DNA from: a virus
Reading direction: 5' to 3' (one strand)
Virus record (IMG/VR): IMGVR_UViG_3300042691_039794
Span: 1-64,000 of that record
Length of the DNA stretch: 64,000 nucleotides
Part shown: one piece after another, positions 1 to 9,453 of the stretch
How the letters are laid out: the number at the start of each line of letters is the position of its first letter
Position numbering within the stretch: position 1 is the stretch's first letter
Position numbers and translations under genes: made by a program
Notes under the pieces: generated by a model
What the model was told of the DNA's origin: nothing
What the model saw: only the letters and a program-made list of their open reading frames with translations
Databases searched by the model: none

Positions 1-33
1 AGTTCTCCATAAAATCATTTGAAGATATTGAGA

Positions 34-786
34 ATGGAACCGAAAAACTCCAAAATATTTAAAAAGGAAACAATGCAGGCAGTGTCTGCATTTTGTGAAT
101 CTGAAGGTATAAAGGACACTGATCATTTTATGTATCTGTGTTTCAAACAGGGGTTTGATATTAAGAGATATGGTCTTTTGGGAAATACACTTAATGAAGG
201 TGAAAAACACTTAAAAACAAGTGAGGAACCAGAAAAATGGGTGGAAAAGGAAGTAATCGTCGAAAAACGGGTGGAAATTCCTGTTGAAGTGATAAAAGAA
301 GTAGAAAAGATTGTTGAAGTTCCAGTTGAAATAATTAAAGAAGTTGTAATTGAAAAAGAAGTAGTTAAAGAAATACCTGTTGAAAAAGTTGTCACAAAAA
401 TAGAATATATTAGTGACAAAACAACAGAAAATGAACTCGGAGGAATAATTTCCGAGTTAGAAGAAAAAATTTTCTATTTAAGTTCGGAATTAGAATCAGA
501 GAGGAAAATATTTTCCACTAAAATAGAAGAAATGGAAATTATTTTCCAAAAAGAAATGTCTAAAAAAAATGAAGAATTAAATGAAGCTAGACAAACTTTA
601 GACATTCCAAAAGAAAATGAGAAGACAAAACTTTTAGAAGAAACCCTTTTCAAGTTAAGAAAAGAACTTTCCGAAAAAATAAAAATAATAGATGAGTTAG
701 AAAAACAAAAAAACAACACAACAATAAACATGGAACCCAAAGGGGCTGTTTTCCTGAAAGGTTCTAATTTAACACAAAAAATTTAA
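34..786 (+). CDS. hypothetical coiled-coil protein with VEKIVEVPVE (VPV/alveolin-like) repeats
   Basis: ORF track 19..786 (TTG); ATG at 34 more likely; repeats EKIVEVPVEIIKEVVIEKEVVKEIPVEK followed by coiled coil. Confidence 0.75.
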   Translation: MEPKNSKIFKKETMQAVSAFCESEGIKDTDHFMYLCFKQGFDIKRYGLLGNTLNEGEKHLKTSEEPEKWVEKEVIVEKRVEIPVEVIKEVEKIVEVPVEIIKEVVIEKEVVKEIPVEKVVTKIEYISDKTTENELGGIISELEEKIFYLSSELESERKIFSTKIEEMEIIFQKEMSKKNEELNEARQTLDIPKENEKTKLLEETLFKLRKELSEKIKIIDELEKQKNNTTINMEPKGAVFLKGSNLTQKI

Positions 787-790
787 AAAA

Positions 791-1138
791 ATGGAAATAT
801 TAATGTGGATTATCGCGGCTTACGGAATGACTAACATTTTGGTTTATGGATCAATCTTTAATGGATTGAGAAATTCGATACATAAAAATGCACAACCAAA
901 TGTTGGGTGGGTTCTTTTTAGACCTGTGTTTTCGTTTGTGTCTAGTTTAATACAATGTGTATTATGTACATCAACATGGGTAGGTTTTTTCTTATCATTA
1001 ACACTTTTTGCTCCATGGCACGAAACGATTGGACTTAATAAATATTTTTCTATATTCTTCGATGGAATGTTAGCGGCAGGTGCCGTATGGGCAATCAATA
1101 GTATAGTTGAGTGGTTCGAAGAAAATAGACCAAAATGA
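791..1138 (+). CDS. membrane protein, DUF1360-like
   Basis: 3 hydrophobic segments and CxxCxxxW motif (QCVLCTSTW). Confidence 0.6.
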   Translation: MEILMWIIAAYGMTNILVYGSIFNGLRNSIHKNAQPNVGWVLFRPVFSFVSSLIQCVLCTSTWVGFFLSLTLFAPWHETIGLNKYFSIFFDGMLAAGAVWAINSIVEWFEENRPK

Positions 1139-1287
1139 AAAAAGTAAAGTTTGTATATTTGGATACAATCCAAGAATCAATTATTTTTTATGATGATTTA
1201 TTCTTGGGTGGAAAAAAAGTTGTACAAATTTTTGAAAATGGTATTACTGGTTATACCTCAATTAAACTTGTAAAAATTATAAAATAA
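1135..1287 (+). CDS. small hypothetical protein (50 aa, not in ORF track)
   Basis: ATGA overlap with upstream stop; MKKVKFVYLDTIQ...KIIK*; fills the gap. Confidence 0.55.
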   Translation: MKKVKFVYLDTIQESIIFYDDLFLGGKKVVQIFENGITGYTSIKLVKIIK

Positions 1288-1292
1288 ATAAA

Positions 1293-1604
1293 ATGGGAAA
1301 AAAAGAAAAAGAACACAGAAAAAAAGTTGCGGCAAGAAATGAAAAAATAAAACAAAAAAAATCTGCAATGCAAAAAGCATTTGATTTATTGTTAAAAACT
1401 CAAATGGATAAAATGATTGAGGAAAATAATTTGAATGTGGAAATGTCGGGCAATAACTTAAACTTCGAAGTTGTTGAGGAAAAAACCTTTGACCATGCAT
1501 TATCGTTCCAACCAAATCCTGAAAAGTCAAAATTAATAGAAAATTTATTTGTGGATAATGCAGAACATACAGTTGAAGACGAAAAAGAATCGCCAGAAAA
1601 ATAA
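1293..1604 (+). CDS. hypothetical protein
   Basis: ORF, basic N-terminus, tight packing. Confidence 0.7.
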   Translation: MGKKEKEHRKKVAARNEKIKQKKSAMQKAFDLLLKTQMDKMIEENNLNVEMSGNNLNFEVVEEKTFDHALSFQPNPEKSKLIENLFVDNAEHTVEDEKESPEK

Positions 1605-1607
1605 AAA

Positions 1608-3980
1608 ATGGATTTATTTAATCCACCAAAATTATTTAATTATAATATTATGATAAAAGATTTGGACTTTTCTTCATATGAAAATCCTACTATACAAGTT
1701 GTTTGGGAAGATTTGACAGAAAATTTTACACAAGATAAAATTAAAAGTGTAAAACATTACTTCTCCAAAAAATACAACACCACAAATGTTAACGTTTTAA
1801 CTAAGGCTAAAACGGTACAAACTGATGAAATGCAATCTATTGATGTTTCTGTAAATATAAGTGATGCAAATTACCAATCGGATTTATTAAAAAATTTCAT
1901 TGAATCAAAAGGATACAAAGATAAAATCGATGACATTTTGGGGATTAACAGAATGGTTGAAAACAAAATGAATGGAGATGAAGACAATCAAACTCAATTC
2001 AAGAAGTGGTATATTAGAAACATCGAGTTTTCAAACTTTTTATCATATGGTGAAAATCAGAAGTTAGATTTTGATAAATTAAATGGTATTGTGGTGGTAG
2101 AGTCAGATCCACCTAACTTCGGTGGCAAGACAGTACTAACGGTGGACCTTTTGATGTTCTTATTCTTCAATGAAACAACAAAAACAACAAAGGCTGAAGA
2201 AATATTCAACAGATTTTCAAACAAAGACAAAGTTCATGTCAAAGGTGAAATAACAATTGATGGTGAAGATTATGTGATTGTTAGAAACATCGAAAGAAAA
2301 ATGTCCAAGAAAGGTGAATGGAATGTTAAAACCGAACTGGACTTCTTTAAAAAACTATCTGACGGAACGTTATTAAACTTTACAGGAGAACAACGAAGAG
2401 AAACCGAAGCGTTCATCAAAACTTCAATCGGAACCAAAGAAGATTTTTTAATGACTATTCTTACAACAGGATCAAACCTTGAAGAATTATTGGAGTCAAA
2501 ACCAACGGCTCGTGGTCAGGTTCTATCAAGATTTATGGGTCTTGAGTTTTTAAAAAAGAAAGAGGAGGTTGCAAAAGAAATCTACGGGGAATTTTCAAAA
2601 CAAAAGTTGTCAAACATATATTCATCTGAACAATTAAAAGATGATATTACTACTCACGAAGAATCAATTAAAACACTTACAACTCAAATTGAGGAAAGTC
2701 AAAAAGAATTGACAAATGTTGAAGATGCGATCACTAAAGGTAAAACCTATCGTGACGACATGTTGAAAAAGAAACATACAAACATTGATCAAGAAATTAG
2801 TAGATTAAACCCGACCAATACTCAAGAAGAAATCAACACGATTGATTTTGAAAAAAAAGGTTACATTTCTAAAATCAACGAACTTAAGGTAGTTGAACCA
2901 AGTGAGTTTTATCATGAGGACAAACACGATGAGGTTAAAGAACAATATAATGAGGTCTACAAAGAGATCGTTCAGATTGATACTGAAATCACATCAATCA
3001 ACAAATTAAAGTCCGAGGTTGAAGGTGGAATCAAGTGTGAGCACTGTGGTATTGAGTTAATGAATGCAACAATTACAAATGCTAAAATTGCGGAACTTGA
3101 TGGACTTATTGTGCAAAAAACCACAAAAACGACATTTATGCAGGATTTATCCCGCAAAGAACAGAGTTTTGTTCAGTTGAAAAAAGAGTTTGACGAGTAT
3201 GAAAAAAATAAACTTGTTAAAGAAAAGTATGAGATATCAGTTGAAAGTTGTGATTTGAAAATGAGCGCTTTAAAAGACAAACTTAAAAGGTGGGAAGAAA
3301 TTCAAGACAAAATCCAAGAGAATCAAAAAATTGATGGTCAGTTAATCAAAGCGGACCTAAGATTAGAGGAATTAGAAAGAGAGAAAACAAAAATAAATTC
3401 CGTTATATCAGGTAACAAAGTTTCAATTTCATCGTTAAATGAAAAGATTGAAAACAATAAAAAGATGATTGTTAAAATCAAGGAAGAAGAAGAAAAAGAA
3501 AAAATTTATAAGATTTTTTTAGAAGCATATGGTAAAAATGGAGTTTCAAAAATTATTATGAAAACCATGATGCCATTGATCAACTCAGAACTTCAAAGAT
3601 TGATGGAGGACTCTTGTTATTTCAAATTAGAAATAAAAATTAATGATAAAAATGAAGTTGAATTTTTGATGATTGATAATAGCACTGGTATTGAAAAACT
3701 TATGACAAGTGGGTCAGGTTATGAAAAAACTATTGCATCCTTAGCTTTAAGATCCGTATTAACAAAGATATGTACCTTACCAAAACCAAACCTTGTCGTC
3801 ATGGATGAGGTATTTGGTAAGATCTCAAATGAAAATTTAGAAATGGTTTCTGAATTTTTTATCAAGATCAAAGATTACTTCGAAAAAGTTTTTGTAATTT
3901 CACACAATCCTTTGATAAACAATTGGTCCGATAACGTAGTAAAAATAAAAAAAGAAAACAACATATCTAAAGTACAATAA
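1608..3980 (+). CDS. SbcC/Rad50/T4 gp46-like recombination ATPase
   Basis: NFLSYG, Walker A variant PNFGGKT, coiled coils, zinc hook CEHC, signature SGSGYEK, Walker B VVMDEVFG, ISH motif. Confidence 0.92.
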   Translation: MDLFNPPKLFNYNIMIKDLDFSSYENPTIQVVWEDLTENFTQDKIKSVKHYFSKKYNTTNVNVLTKAKTVQTDEMQSIDVSVNISDANYQSDLLKNFIESKGYKDKIDDILGINRMVENKMNGDEDNQTQFKKWYIRNIEFSNFLSYGENQKLDFDKLNGIVVVESDPPNFGGKTVLTVDLLMFLFFNETTKTTKAEEIFNRFSNKDKVHVKGEITIDGEDYVIVRNIERKMSKKGEWNVKTELDFFKKLSDGTLLNFTGEQRRETEAFIKTSIGTKEDFLMTILTTGSNLEELLESKPTARGQVLSRFMGLEFLKKKEEVAKEIYGEFSKQKLSNIYSSEQLKDDITTHEESIKTLTTQIEESQKELTNVEDAITKGKTYRDDMLKKKHTNIDQEISRLNPTNTQEEINTIDFEKKGYISKINELKVVEPSEFYHEDKHDEVKEQYNEVYKEIVQIDTEITSINKLKSEVEGGIKCEHCGIELMNATITNAKIAELDGLIVQKTTKTTFMQDLSRKEQSFVQLKKEFDEYEKNKLVKEKYEISVESCDLKMSALKDKLKRWEEIQDKIQENQKIDGQLIKADLRLEELEREKTKINSVISGNKVSISSLNEKIENNKKMIVKIKEEEEKEKIYKIFLEAYGKNGVSKIIMKTMMPLINSELQRLMEDSCYFKLEIKINDKNEVEFLMIDNSTGIEKLMTSGSGYEKTIASLALRSVLTKICTLPKPNLVVMDEVFGKISNENLEMVSEFFIKIKDYFEKVFVISHNPLINNWSDNVVKIKKENNISKVQ

Positions 3981-4451
3981 ATGGATAGATTAGAAAATAT
4001 AACAAATTCAGAACTTATATTGGAACTCAATAAAAGAGGTTTATTAACTTCCTCTGAGTACAACTCAGAGTTTGTTGAAAATCCCACAGAAGATATAAAA
4101 GTCATTGTCTCAAAAGGGGTTATAAAAGAAAGTTTAGTTTGTAGGGAATGTAAAGAAGAAAAAACAACAGATAATTTTAGTTTTTACCAAGCAAGAGTTG
4201 ATAAAAATGGATATCTTATGAGATCAAACGCTCTTTGTGTTGATTGTAAAAATATTCTGAATAAAGAAAGACAATTTGCGTTCAAAAACTCAGATTTAAC
4301 GGTAAAACCTGAACCTGGTACTGTCTGTCCTAAGTGCTCAAGACCATGGTCTAACAATTGGCATAAACATCATGAAGGTGATAAATTTATTGATTGGTGG
4401 TGTGGTGAATGCAACATGAGACACGCAGACCAAAGAAACAAAAATATTTAA
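3981..4451 (+). CDS. zinc-binding beta-beta-alpha-Me (EndoVII/Hpy99I-like) endonuclease
   Basis: CRECKEEK..F...CVDC, CPKC, HKHH...WWCGECN pattern parallels EndoVII/Hpy99I. Confidence 0.62.
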   Translation: MDRLENITNSELILELNKRGLLTSSEYNSEFVENPTEDIKVIVSKGVIKESLVCRECKEEKTTDNFSFYQARVDKNGYLMRSNALCVDCKNILNKERQFAFKNSDLTVKPEPGTVCPKCSRPWSNNWHKHHEGDKFIDWWCGECNMRHADQRNKNI

Positions 4452-4455
4452 CATT

Positions 4456-5244
4456 ATGCAAAATAAAATAATTTGTGGCGATTGTTTAGATGAATTAAAA
4501 AAATTTGAAGACAATACATTCGACTTAACTGTTTTTTCACCACCATATGATGGTCTTAGGGATTACAATGGTTATACTTTAAATTTAAGTGATGTTGGAA
4601 AAGAACTATATAGAGTGACAAAAGAAGGAGGTATAGTTGTAATGGTGATCCAAGATCAAACAATTGACGGTCATAAATCATTGACATCATTCAAAACAAT
4701 AATTGATTGGTGTGATAATGTCGGATTTGGACTTTTTGAATGTAACATTTATAAAAAACAAGGAAAAGATGGTGCTTGGTTTACAAAAAGATTCAGAGTC
4801 GATCATGAATACATTCCCATTTTTGTGAAAGGAAAAAGACCAAACTATTTTAATAAAGAAATGGTTAAAATTCCATCGAAACACGGCGGAAAAATTTTGA
4901 CTGGAGGTGCAAATAGAGAAAAAGATGGAACAACTAAAAAATCTCAAAAATTTGAAATAAATGAATTCAAGTGTCCCGGTACTATATGGGATTATTCAAA
5001 TGGAGGGGATAAAAATAAAATAAAAAGACAACACCCCGCAACTTTTCCAGATAAAATACCTTATGACTTTATTCAAGTTTTTACAAAAGAAGGTGATTTA
5101 GTTTTGGATCCAATGTGTGGTTCAGGATCTACTTGTTTGGCTGCAAAAATATTAAATCGAAGTTACGTTGGTATAGATATTAGTCAGGATTATTGTACTA
5201 TATCCGAAACAAGAATTAATAATTTAGAAACAAGTTTAAAATAA
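4456..5244 (+). CDS. site-specific DNA methyltransferase, N4-C/N6-A beta class
   Basis: FSPPY near N-terminus, HPATFP, VLDPMCGSGST near C-terminus. Confidence 0.92.
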   Translation: MQNKIICGDCLDELKKFEDNTFDLTVFSPPYDGLRDYNGYTLNLSDVGKELYRVTKEGGIVVMVIQDQTIDGHKSLTSFKTIIDWCDNVGFGLFECNIYKKQGKDGAWFTKRFRVDHEYIPIFVKGKRPNYFNKEMVKIPSKHGGKILTGGANREKDGTTKKSQKFEINEFKCPGTIWDYSNGGDKNKIKRQHPATFPDKIPYDFIQVFTKEGDLVLDPMCGSGSTCLAAKILNRSYVGIDISQDYCTISETRINNLETSLK

Positions 5245-5268
5245 TTTTCTGCATTTAAAAAAAAATAG

Positions 5269-5276
5269 TATATTTG
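5269..5276 (+). promoter_or_regulatory. Bacteroidota sigma-A -7 promoter element
   Basis: TATATTTG matches TAnnTTTG in intergenic gap upstream of 5298. Confidence 0.7.
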
Positions 5277-5297
5277 TAAAACAATTAAAAAACATAC

Positions 5298-5828
5298 ATG
5301 AATTACTTACTTTTTGTTTACTACGATAACACAGTTGAAAACTCAGAAATAACCACAAATAAAATAGCAAGTCAAATTGCCGAACAAATGACCTCTAAAG
5401 AGGCAAAGTTTATGTTTGGAGATAAACACGCGATATTTCATTTTGCTTCGGGAATGGTTATTGATGAAATGGCAGGATGGATTGACATAATTCATGATGA
5501 GCTAGATTGTTTTCAATACTTCTTAATACCAAAACCAAGAAATTCGTCATCAAATATGTCACAAGACAACCTTGATCATTTGTTATCGTTAAAGAAAACT
5601 AAACCAACTAAAAACAAACCAACACCTCCATTAATTAAGTGGGACTTCAAACCAACACAGGATGGTAAAAGTTTTATGGATCTTGCCGATATTATGGTAA
5701 ATTTAAAAAGACCTGAGATTTGTAACATGACTCTTGACGAATTGTTAGATAAAATTGGTCAAAAAGGTATGGAATCTCTTTCTGACTTGGAGAAAAAAAA
5801 GTTAGACGAATATTCAAAATCACTATAA
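5298..5828 (+). CDS. hypothetical protein with C-terminal DUF6576-like helical motif
   Basis: LDELLDKIGQKGMESLSDLEKKKL. Confidence 0.6.
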   Translation: MNYLLFVYYDNTVENSEITTNKIASQIAEQMTSKEAKFMFGDKHAIFHFASGMVIDEMAGWIDIIHDELDCFQYFLIPKPRNSSSNMSQDNLDHLLSLKKTKPTKNKPTPPLIKWDFKPTQDGKSFMDLADIMVNLKRPEICNMTLDELLDKIGQKGMESLSDLEKKKLDEYSKSL

Positions 5829-5838
5829 ATATAAATAA

Positions 5839-6639
5839 ATGAAAGACAAAACATTAGGGCCACACATTAATCAAGACGAGATACAATTTTATTTAAGAGA
5901 TATAAGAAAAATAAAAGTCATGACTCCTGAGAGGGAAAAAGAACTGGCAAAACTTATGAAGTCAGATTCCTTATCTCAAAGAGAAAGATCAATTATAGAG
6001 GAAGAGTTGTTGACAGGTAATCTCAGATTTGTCATTACTGTTGCAAAACAATATCAAAATCAAGGATTAGATTTTCCCGATTTAATTGCCGAAGGTAACT
6101 TAGGACTTATGAAGGCAATCAAAAATTTTGATTGGAATAAAGATTTAAGATTTATATCCTACGCAGTATGGTGGGTTAAGCAGTCAATTATCCAATCGTT
6201 AAACGATAATTCAAGAACCATACGTCTACCTGTAAACGTAGTACAAGATTTACAGAGAGCAAAAAAAGAAGTAGAAAATAGTGGAAAAAAATTAGATGAC
6301 AAGTTTAGCACATTACCATCAATCGTTGATTTAGATATGACAATAAGTGAGGATGGAGATACTTTAGTTGATTTAATTGCAAATCAAGATGCTGAAGCTC
6401 CTGATGCGGCATTTAACACAAAAGATATACTTAAAGATAAATTGATGAGTTTATTGGATGTTTTAGATGAAAGAGAAAAAATTATTGTTGGTGATTATTT
6501 TGGTCTCACAGGAACCCCAAGAACCTTAGAAGATATTGGAACTGATTTTGGTTTAACAAAGGAACGAGTTAGACAAATCAAAGAAAAGGCCCTACGTCGT
6601 TTGAGAAATGACTCTTCAGAATTATTTGATTATTTATAG
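5839..6639 (+). CDS. RNA polymerase sigma-70 factor (RpoD/SigA family)
   Basis: region 1.2 YLRDI, region 2 NLRFVITVAKQY/DLIAEGNLGL/FISYAVWW, region 4 TLEDIG...TKERVRQIKEKALRRL. Confidence 0.95.
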   Translation: MKDKTLGPHINQDEIQFYLRDIRKIKVMTPEREKELAKLMKSDSLSQRERSIIEEELLTGNLRFVITVAKQYQNQGLDFPDLIAEGNLGLMKAIKNFDWNKDLRFISYAVWWVKQSIIQSLNDNSRTIRLPVNVVQDLQRAKKEVENSGKKLDDKFSTLPSIVDLDMTISEDGDTLVDLIANQDAEAPDAAFNTKDILKDKLMSLLDVLDEREKIIVGDYFGLTGTPRTLEDIGTDFGLTKERVRQIKEKALRRLRNDSSELFDYL

Positions 6640-6741
6640 TCGGGTTGAACCGAGATTACCCTTACAACTCGGCAGAAGGTGCCTGAAGTCACCAAGGTGC
6701 AATTCCTCAATTCTATCTAAATGGTAGAATGAAACTACACT
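6640..6741 (+). ncRNA. candidate structured RNA/3' UTR after sigma gene
   Basis: GC-richer non-coding stretch with stems tcgggttg/caactcgg, ggtg/cacc, agg-tgcaatt-cct, ttctatc/ggtagaa. Confidence 0.4.
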
Positions 6742-6774
6742 CCCCCACTGGTACCGGTGGGGGTTTTTGTTTTT
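6742..6774 (+). terminator. intrinsic terminator
   Basis: cccccactgg-ta-ccggtggggg followed by T tract. Confidence 0.85.
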
Positions 6775-6813
6775 ATAAAAATTAAAAAGTCACTTTTAAT
6801 TTATTTATTTTAA

Positions 6814-6820
6814 TATTTAT
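6814..6820 (+). promoter_or_regulatory. putative phage late promoter TATTTAT
   Basis: motif recurs just upstream of many genes in the window. Confidence 0.55.
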
Positions 6821-6836
6821 CAATAAAAGAAATCAA

Positions 6837-7934
6837 ATGAATAAAAAATTTTTACCATGGTTTTTACTTTTTTGTGCAATAGGACTTTCGAGTACAGCCG
6901 CTTATTATAGTGTAATTGGATTGTCTATTATTTTTTCTGCAGTTGCAATCCCTGTCATAATTATGGGGTCTTTTTTGGAAATATCTAAAATTGCAATTGC
7001 AACATACCTACATGATAAATGGAAAGAAACATATGGAATTTTAAAAATATATTTAACAATTGCATTAGTAACCCTTTCAGTTCTTACATCAATTGGAATT
7101 TATGGACTACTTTCAACTGGTTTTCAAAAAAACATTGCAGGTTTGGAAATTAATAATAAAAAAATTGAAAACATAGAAGTTAAAAAAACAAGATTTGAAG
7201 AAATCAAAGGAGAATATCAAAAAGAAAAAACAACACTAGATAAAGATATCACAAACCTAAGAAATGCACTCTCAACAAATACAACTACTCAAACCGTTGA
7301 TAGAACAACAGGACAAGTTGTGACCAGAGCAAACGGGGGAAACCGAAAAGCATTTGAATCTCAATTGAAGGTTGCACAAACTAATAGAGACACATTGTCT
7401 AAAAAAATTGAAAATATTAATGATAGCATTACTAAGTTAGACCTGTTAGTTCTGGATTTAACTTCACAAGAAATAGAATCGGGGGAATTGGGTGCCATCA
7501 AATACCTTAGTGAAATTACAGGATGGAACGTAAAAAAAACAGCAAATTTCTTTATATTAACTTTGATATTTGTTTTTGATCCTTTAGCAATCGCATTAGT
7601 CATTTCAACAAATCAGGCATTCAAAAATTTCAGAAGAAAAGAAGAAGATGAGGTAGAACCAATTTATGATGAAGTTGAAGTTCCTGAAAGTTACTTCCAC
7701 CCCATGAAATCAAAAGTTACTACACAAGTTGAGACTGAGGTAATTGAAAAAATTGTAGAGGTACCTGTAGAAAAAATTGTAGAAGTAATCAAAGAAGTAC
7801 CTGTAGATAGAATTGTAGAAGTAATTAAAGAAGTGCCTGTAGAAATTATCAAAGAAGTTGAAAAAGAAAAACAACCAATTGAACAAGAAACAGATATTGA
7901 GCCAAATAAAAAAAAGTTAATATATAAAAAATGA
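6837..7934 (+). CDS. membrane protein with coiled coil and C-terminal VPV repeats
   Basis: 3 N-terminal TM segments, coiled coil, TM with DPLAIAL, EKIVEVPVEKIVEVIKEVPV repeats. Confidence 0.75.
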   Translation: MNKKFLPWFLLFCAIGLSSTAAYYSVIGLSIIFSAVAIPVIIMGSFLEISKIAIATYLHDKWKETYGILKIYLTIALVTLSVLTSIGIYGLLSTGFQKNIAGLEINNKKIENIEVKKTRFEEIKGEYQKEKTTLDKDITNLRNALSTNTTTQTVDRTTGQVVTRANGGNRKAFESQLKVAQTNRDTLSKKIENINDSITKLDLLVLDLTSQEIESGELGAIKYLSEITGWNVKKTANFFILTLIFVFDPLAIALVISTNQAFKNFRRKEEDEVEPIYDEVEVPESYFHPMKSKVTTQVETEVIEKIVEVPVEKIVEVIKEVPVDRIVEVIKEVPVEIIKEVEKEKQPIEQETDIEPNKKKLIYKK

Positions 7935-8527
7935 GTTTTGAGTTAATCAAGTTCGGTAATTTTTTTTCTCAAGGTATATCCAAATCAAAAAACAAAATAA
8001 TATTGATGCATTCCTCGAGGAACGCCGACCAATACTTGGCATCATTAAAACTCAGAAATAACGGAAAATATGCAAAAGTCCCAAATTACTTCATTTCTAA
8101 AGAAGGAAAAGTATTACAACTCTTAGAAGATGAAAAATATTCAAACTTGACTTGTAATAATCAAATAAATAAAAATTCAATTTTTGTTTGTTTAGAAAAT
8201 TTGGGTTGGTTAAAAAAAGAACCATTAAAAGATGGACACATTAATTGGATTGGAAGTATTTATAAACAAAGGGCGCTTCAGAGAACGTGGAGAGAATATT
8301 TTTTGTGGGAACCTTATCAAGAAATACAAATTGAAATGGTTAGTGAGTTGTGTAATAAACTTTTTGAATTAATGCCAATAGAAAAAAAGTTTGTGGGACA
8401 TAACACAAAAATTAATGGTGTAGAAAAGATGGGGGGTATCTTTAATAGAAGTAATATTCATGAAGATTATACCGATCTGAGTCCGGCTTTCGACTTCGAA
8501 TTACTAAATGAAAAATTAAAATTATGA
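7931..8527 (+). CDS. N-acetylmuramoyl-L-alanine amidase-like protein (Amidase_2 fold)
   Basis: IILMHS, PNYFISKEG, SIFVCLEN, PYxxxQ, D-x-S-P-A-F ending. Confidence 0.7.
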   Translation: MSFELIKFGNFFSQGISKSKNKIILMHSSRNADQYLASLKLRNNGKYAKVPNYFISKEGKVLQLLEDEKYSNLTCNNQINKNSIFVCLENLGWLKKEPLKDGHINWIGSIYKQRALQRTWREYFLWEPYQEIQIEMVSELCNKLFELMPIEKKFVGHNTKINGVEKMGGIFNRSNIHEDYTDLSPAFDFELLNEKLKL

Positions 8528-9102
8528 ATAGATATTACGAAATTAAATCATTACTTGAGGCATCAAAAAAGATGTTAGGTACAAATGTAATAAATGAAAA
8601 AAATCAAATTCTTGATAAGTATTACACTAAATTATTGATCGAAGATGACAGTCAAAATTTTGAAGTTGCAGATCAAGATGAAGAAAACCCTGAAGTTGAC
8701 AAAGAAACTAGAAAAACAGAAAAAAGTAAAACATATAGAATTACAGGGGGATTAGTTTCTATATACTCTCAGGACAAAAAAAATACAGAGTTAACGACTG
8801 AGGACAAAAAAGCTTTTCAAGAAAGTATGGATGAATTTGTTGCTGAAGTAACTGAATTGGTTGATTTCAATAAAATGAATATATACCAAGATAATGTTGA
8901 ATGGTCAGGTAAAATAACTGAATATGACGTTGATTTTTTTATAAGTATTGGGGAAAACAATGGTGTATACATCAACGGCAACATGATGAAACTAGATGAA
9001 GAGTTTGTAGAATTAGTTACAAAATTAAGAGGGTACTTTGAAAAGTTCAAAACAAGATGGAGTAAAGTATTGGCTATAAGAAAAAAAGCAGTAAATAAAT
9101 GA
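8524..9102 (+). CDS. hypothetical protein
   Basis: ORF coupled by ATGA overlap. Confidence 0.7.
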   Translation: MNRYYEIKSLLEASKKMLGTNVINEKNQILDKYYTKLLIEDDSQNFEVADQDEENPEVDKETRKTEKSKTYRITGGLVSIYSQDKKNTELTTEDKKAFQESMDEFVAEVTELVDFNKMNIYQDNVEWSGKITEYDVDFFISIGENNGVYINGNMMKLDEEFVELVTKLRGYFEKFKTRWSKVLAIRKKAVNK

Positions 9103-9452
9103 AAAAATTTATAATTAAAAATTGGAAAACAATTACTCTAACAGTTTTGGGAGTTATTTTTATTTATTTGTTAATAAAAGTTTTGACACCAACTCCTGAT
9201 AGATCCGAACTTAACAAATATAAGTTGGAACAGTTAGATAAACACATATTGGAAATGAAAAATTTACAGAAAAGTTTAAATGACTCAATACAGTCGTATC
9301 AAACTAAAATTTCTGAAATAGATAGAAAAATAACTAATATAAAGATTGAAAAAAAGGAAGTTAATAACTTTTATACACAAAAAAAAGAAGAAATAAAAAA
9401 TGCTGATAAACGACAAATCGATAGTTTGTTAAGAAATAGATATAAGTTTTAA
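9099..9452 (+). CDS. membrane-anchored coiled-coil protein (spanin-like?)
   Basis: single N-terminal TM and coiled coil near amidase. Confidence 0.45.
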   Translation: MKKFIIKNWKTITLTVLGVIFIYLLIKVLTPTPDRSELNKYKLEQLDKHILEMKNLQKSLNDSIQSYQTKISEIDRKITNIKIEKKEVNNFYTQKKEEIKNADKRQIDSLLRNRYKF

Positions 9453-9453
9453 A

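Noticed and set aside
123-740. Antisense ORFs here and similar short shadow ORFs throughout the track
   Set aside because: They lie opposite or out of frame within well-supported genes and reflect codon bias
6636-6740. Hammerhead ribozyme (TAGTC...GAAACTA) or SAM-I riboswitch (aaggtgcaattcc)
   Set aside because: No CUGANGA core in the right position; SAM-I P1/P2 elements absent and the element lies 3' of a gene
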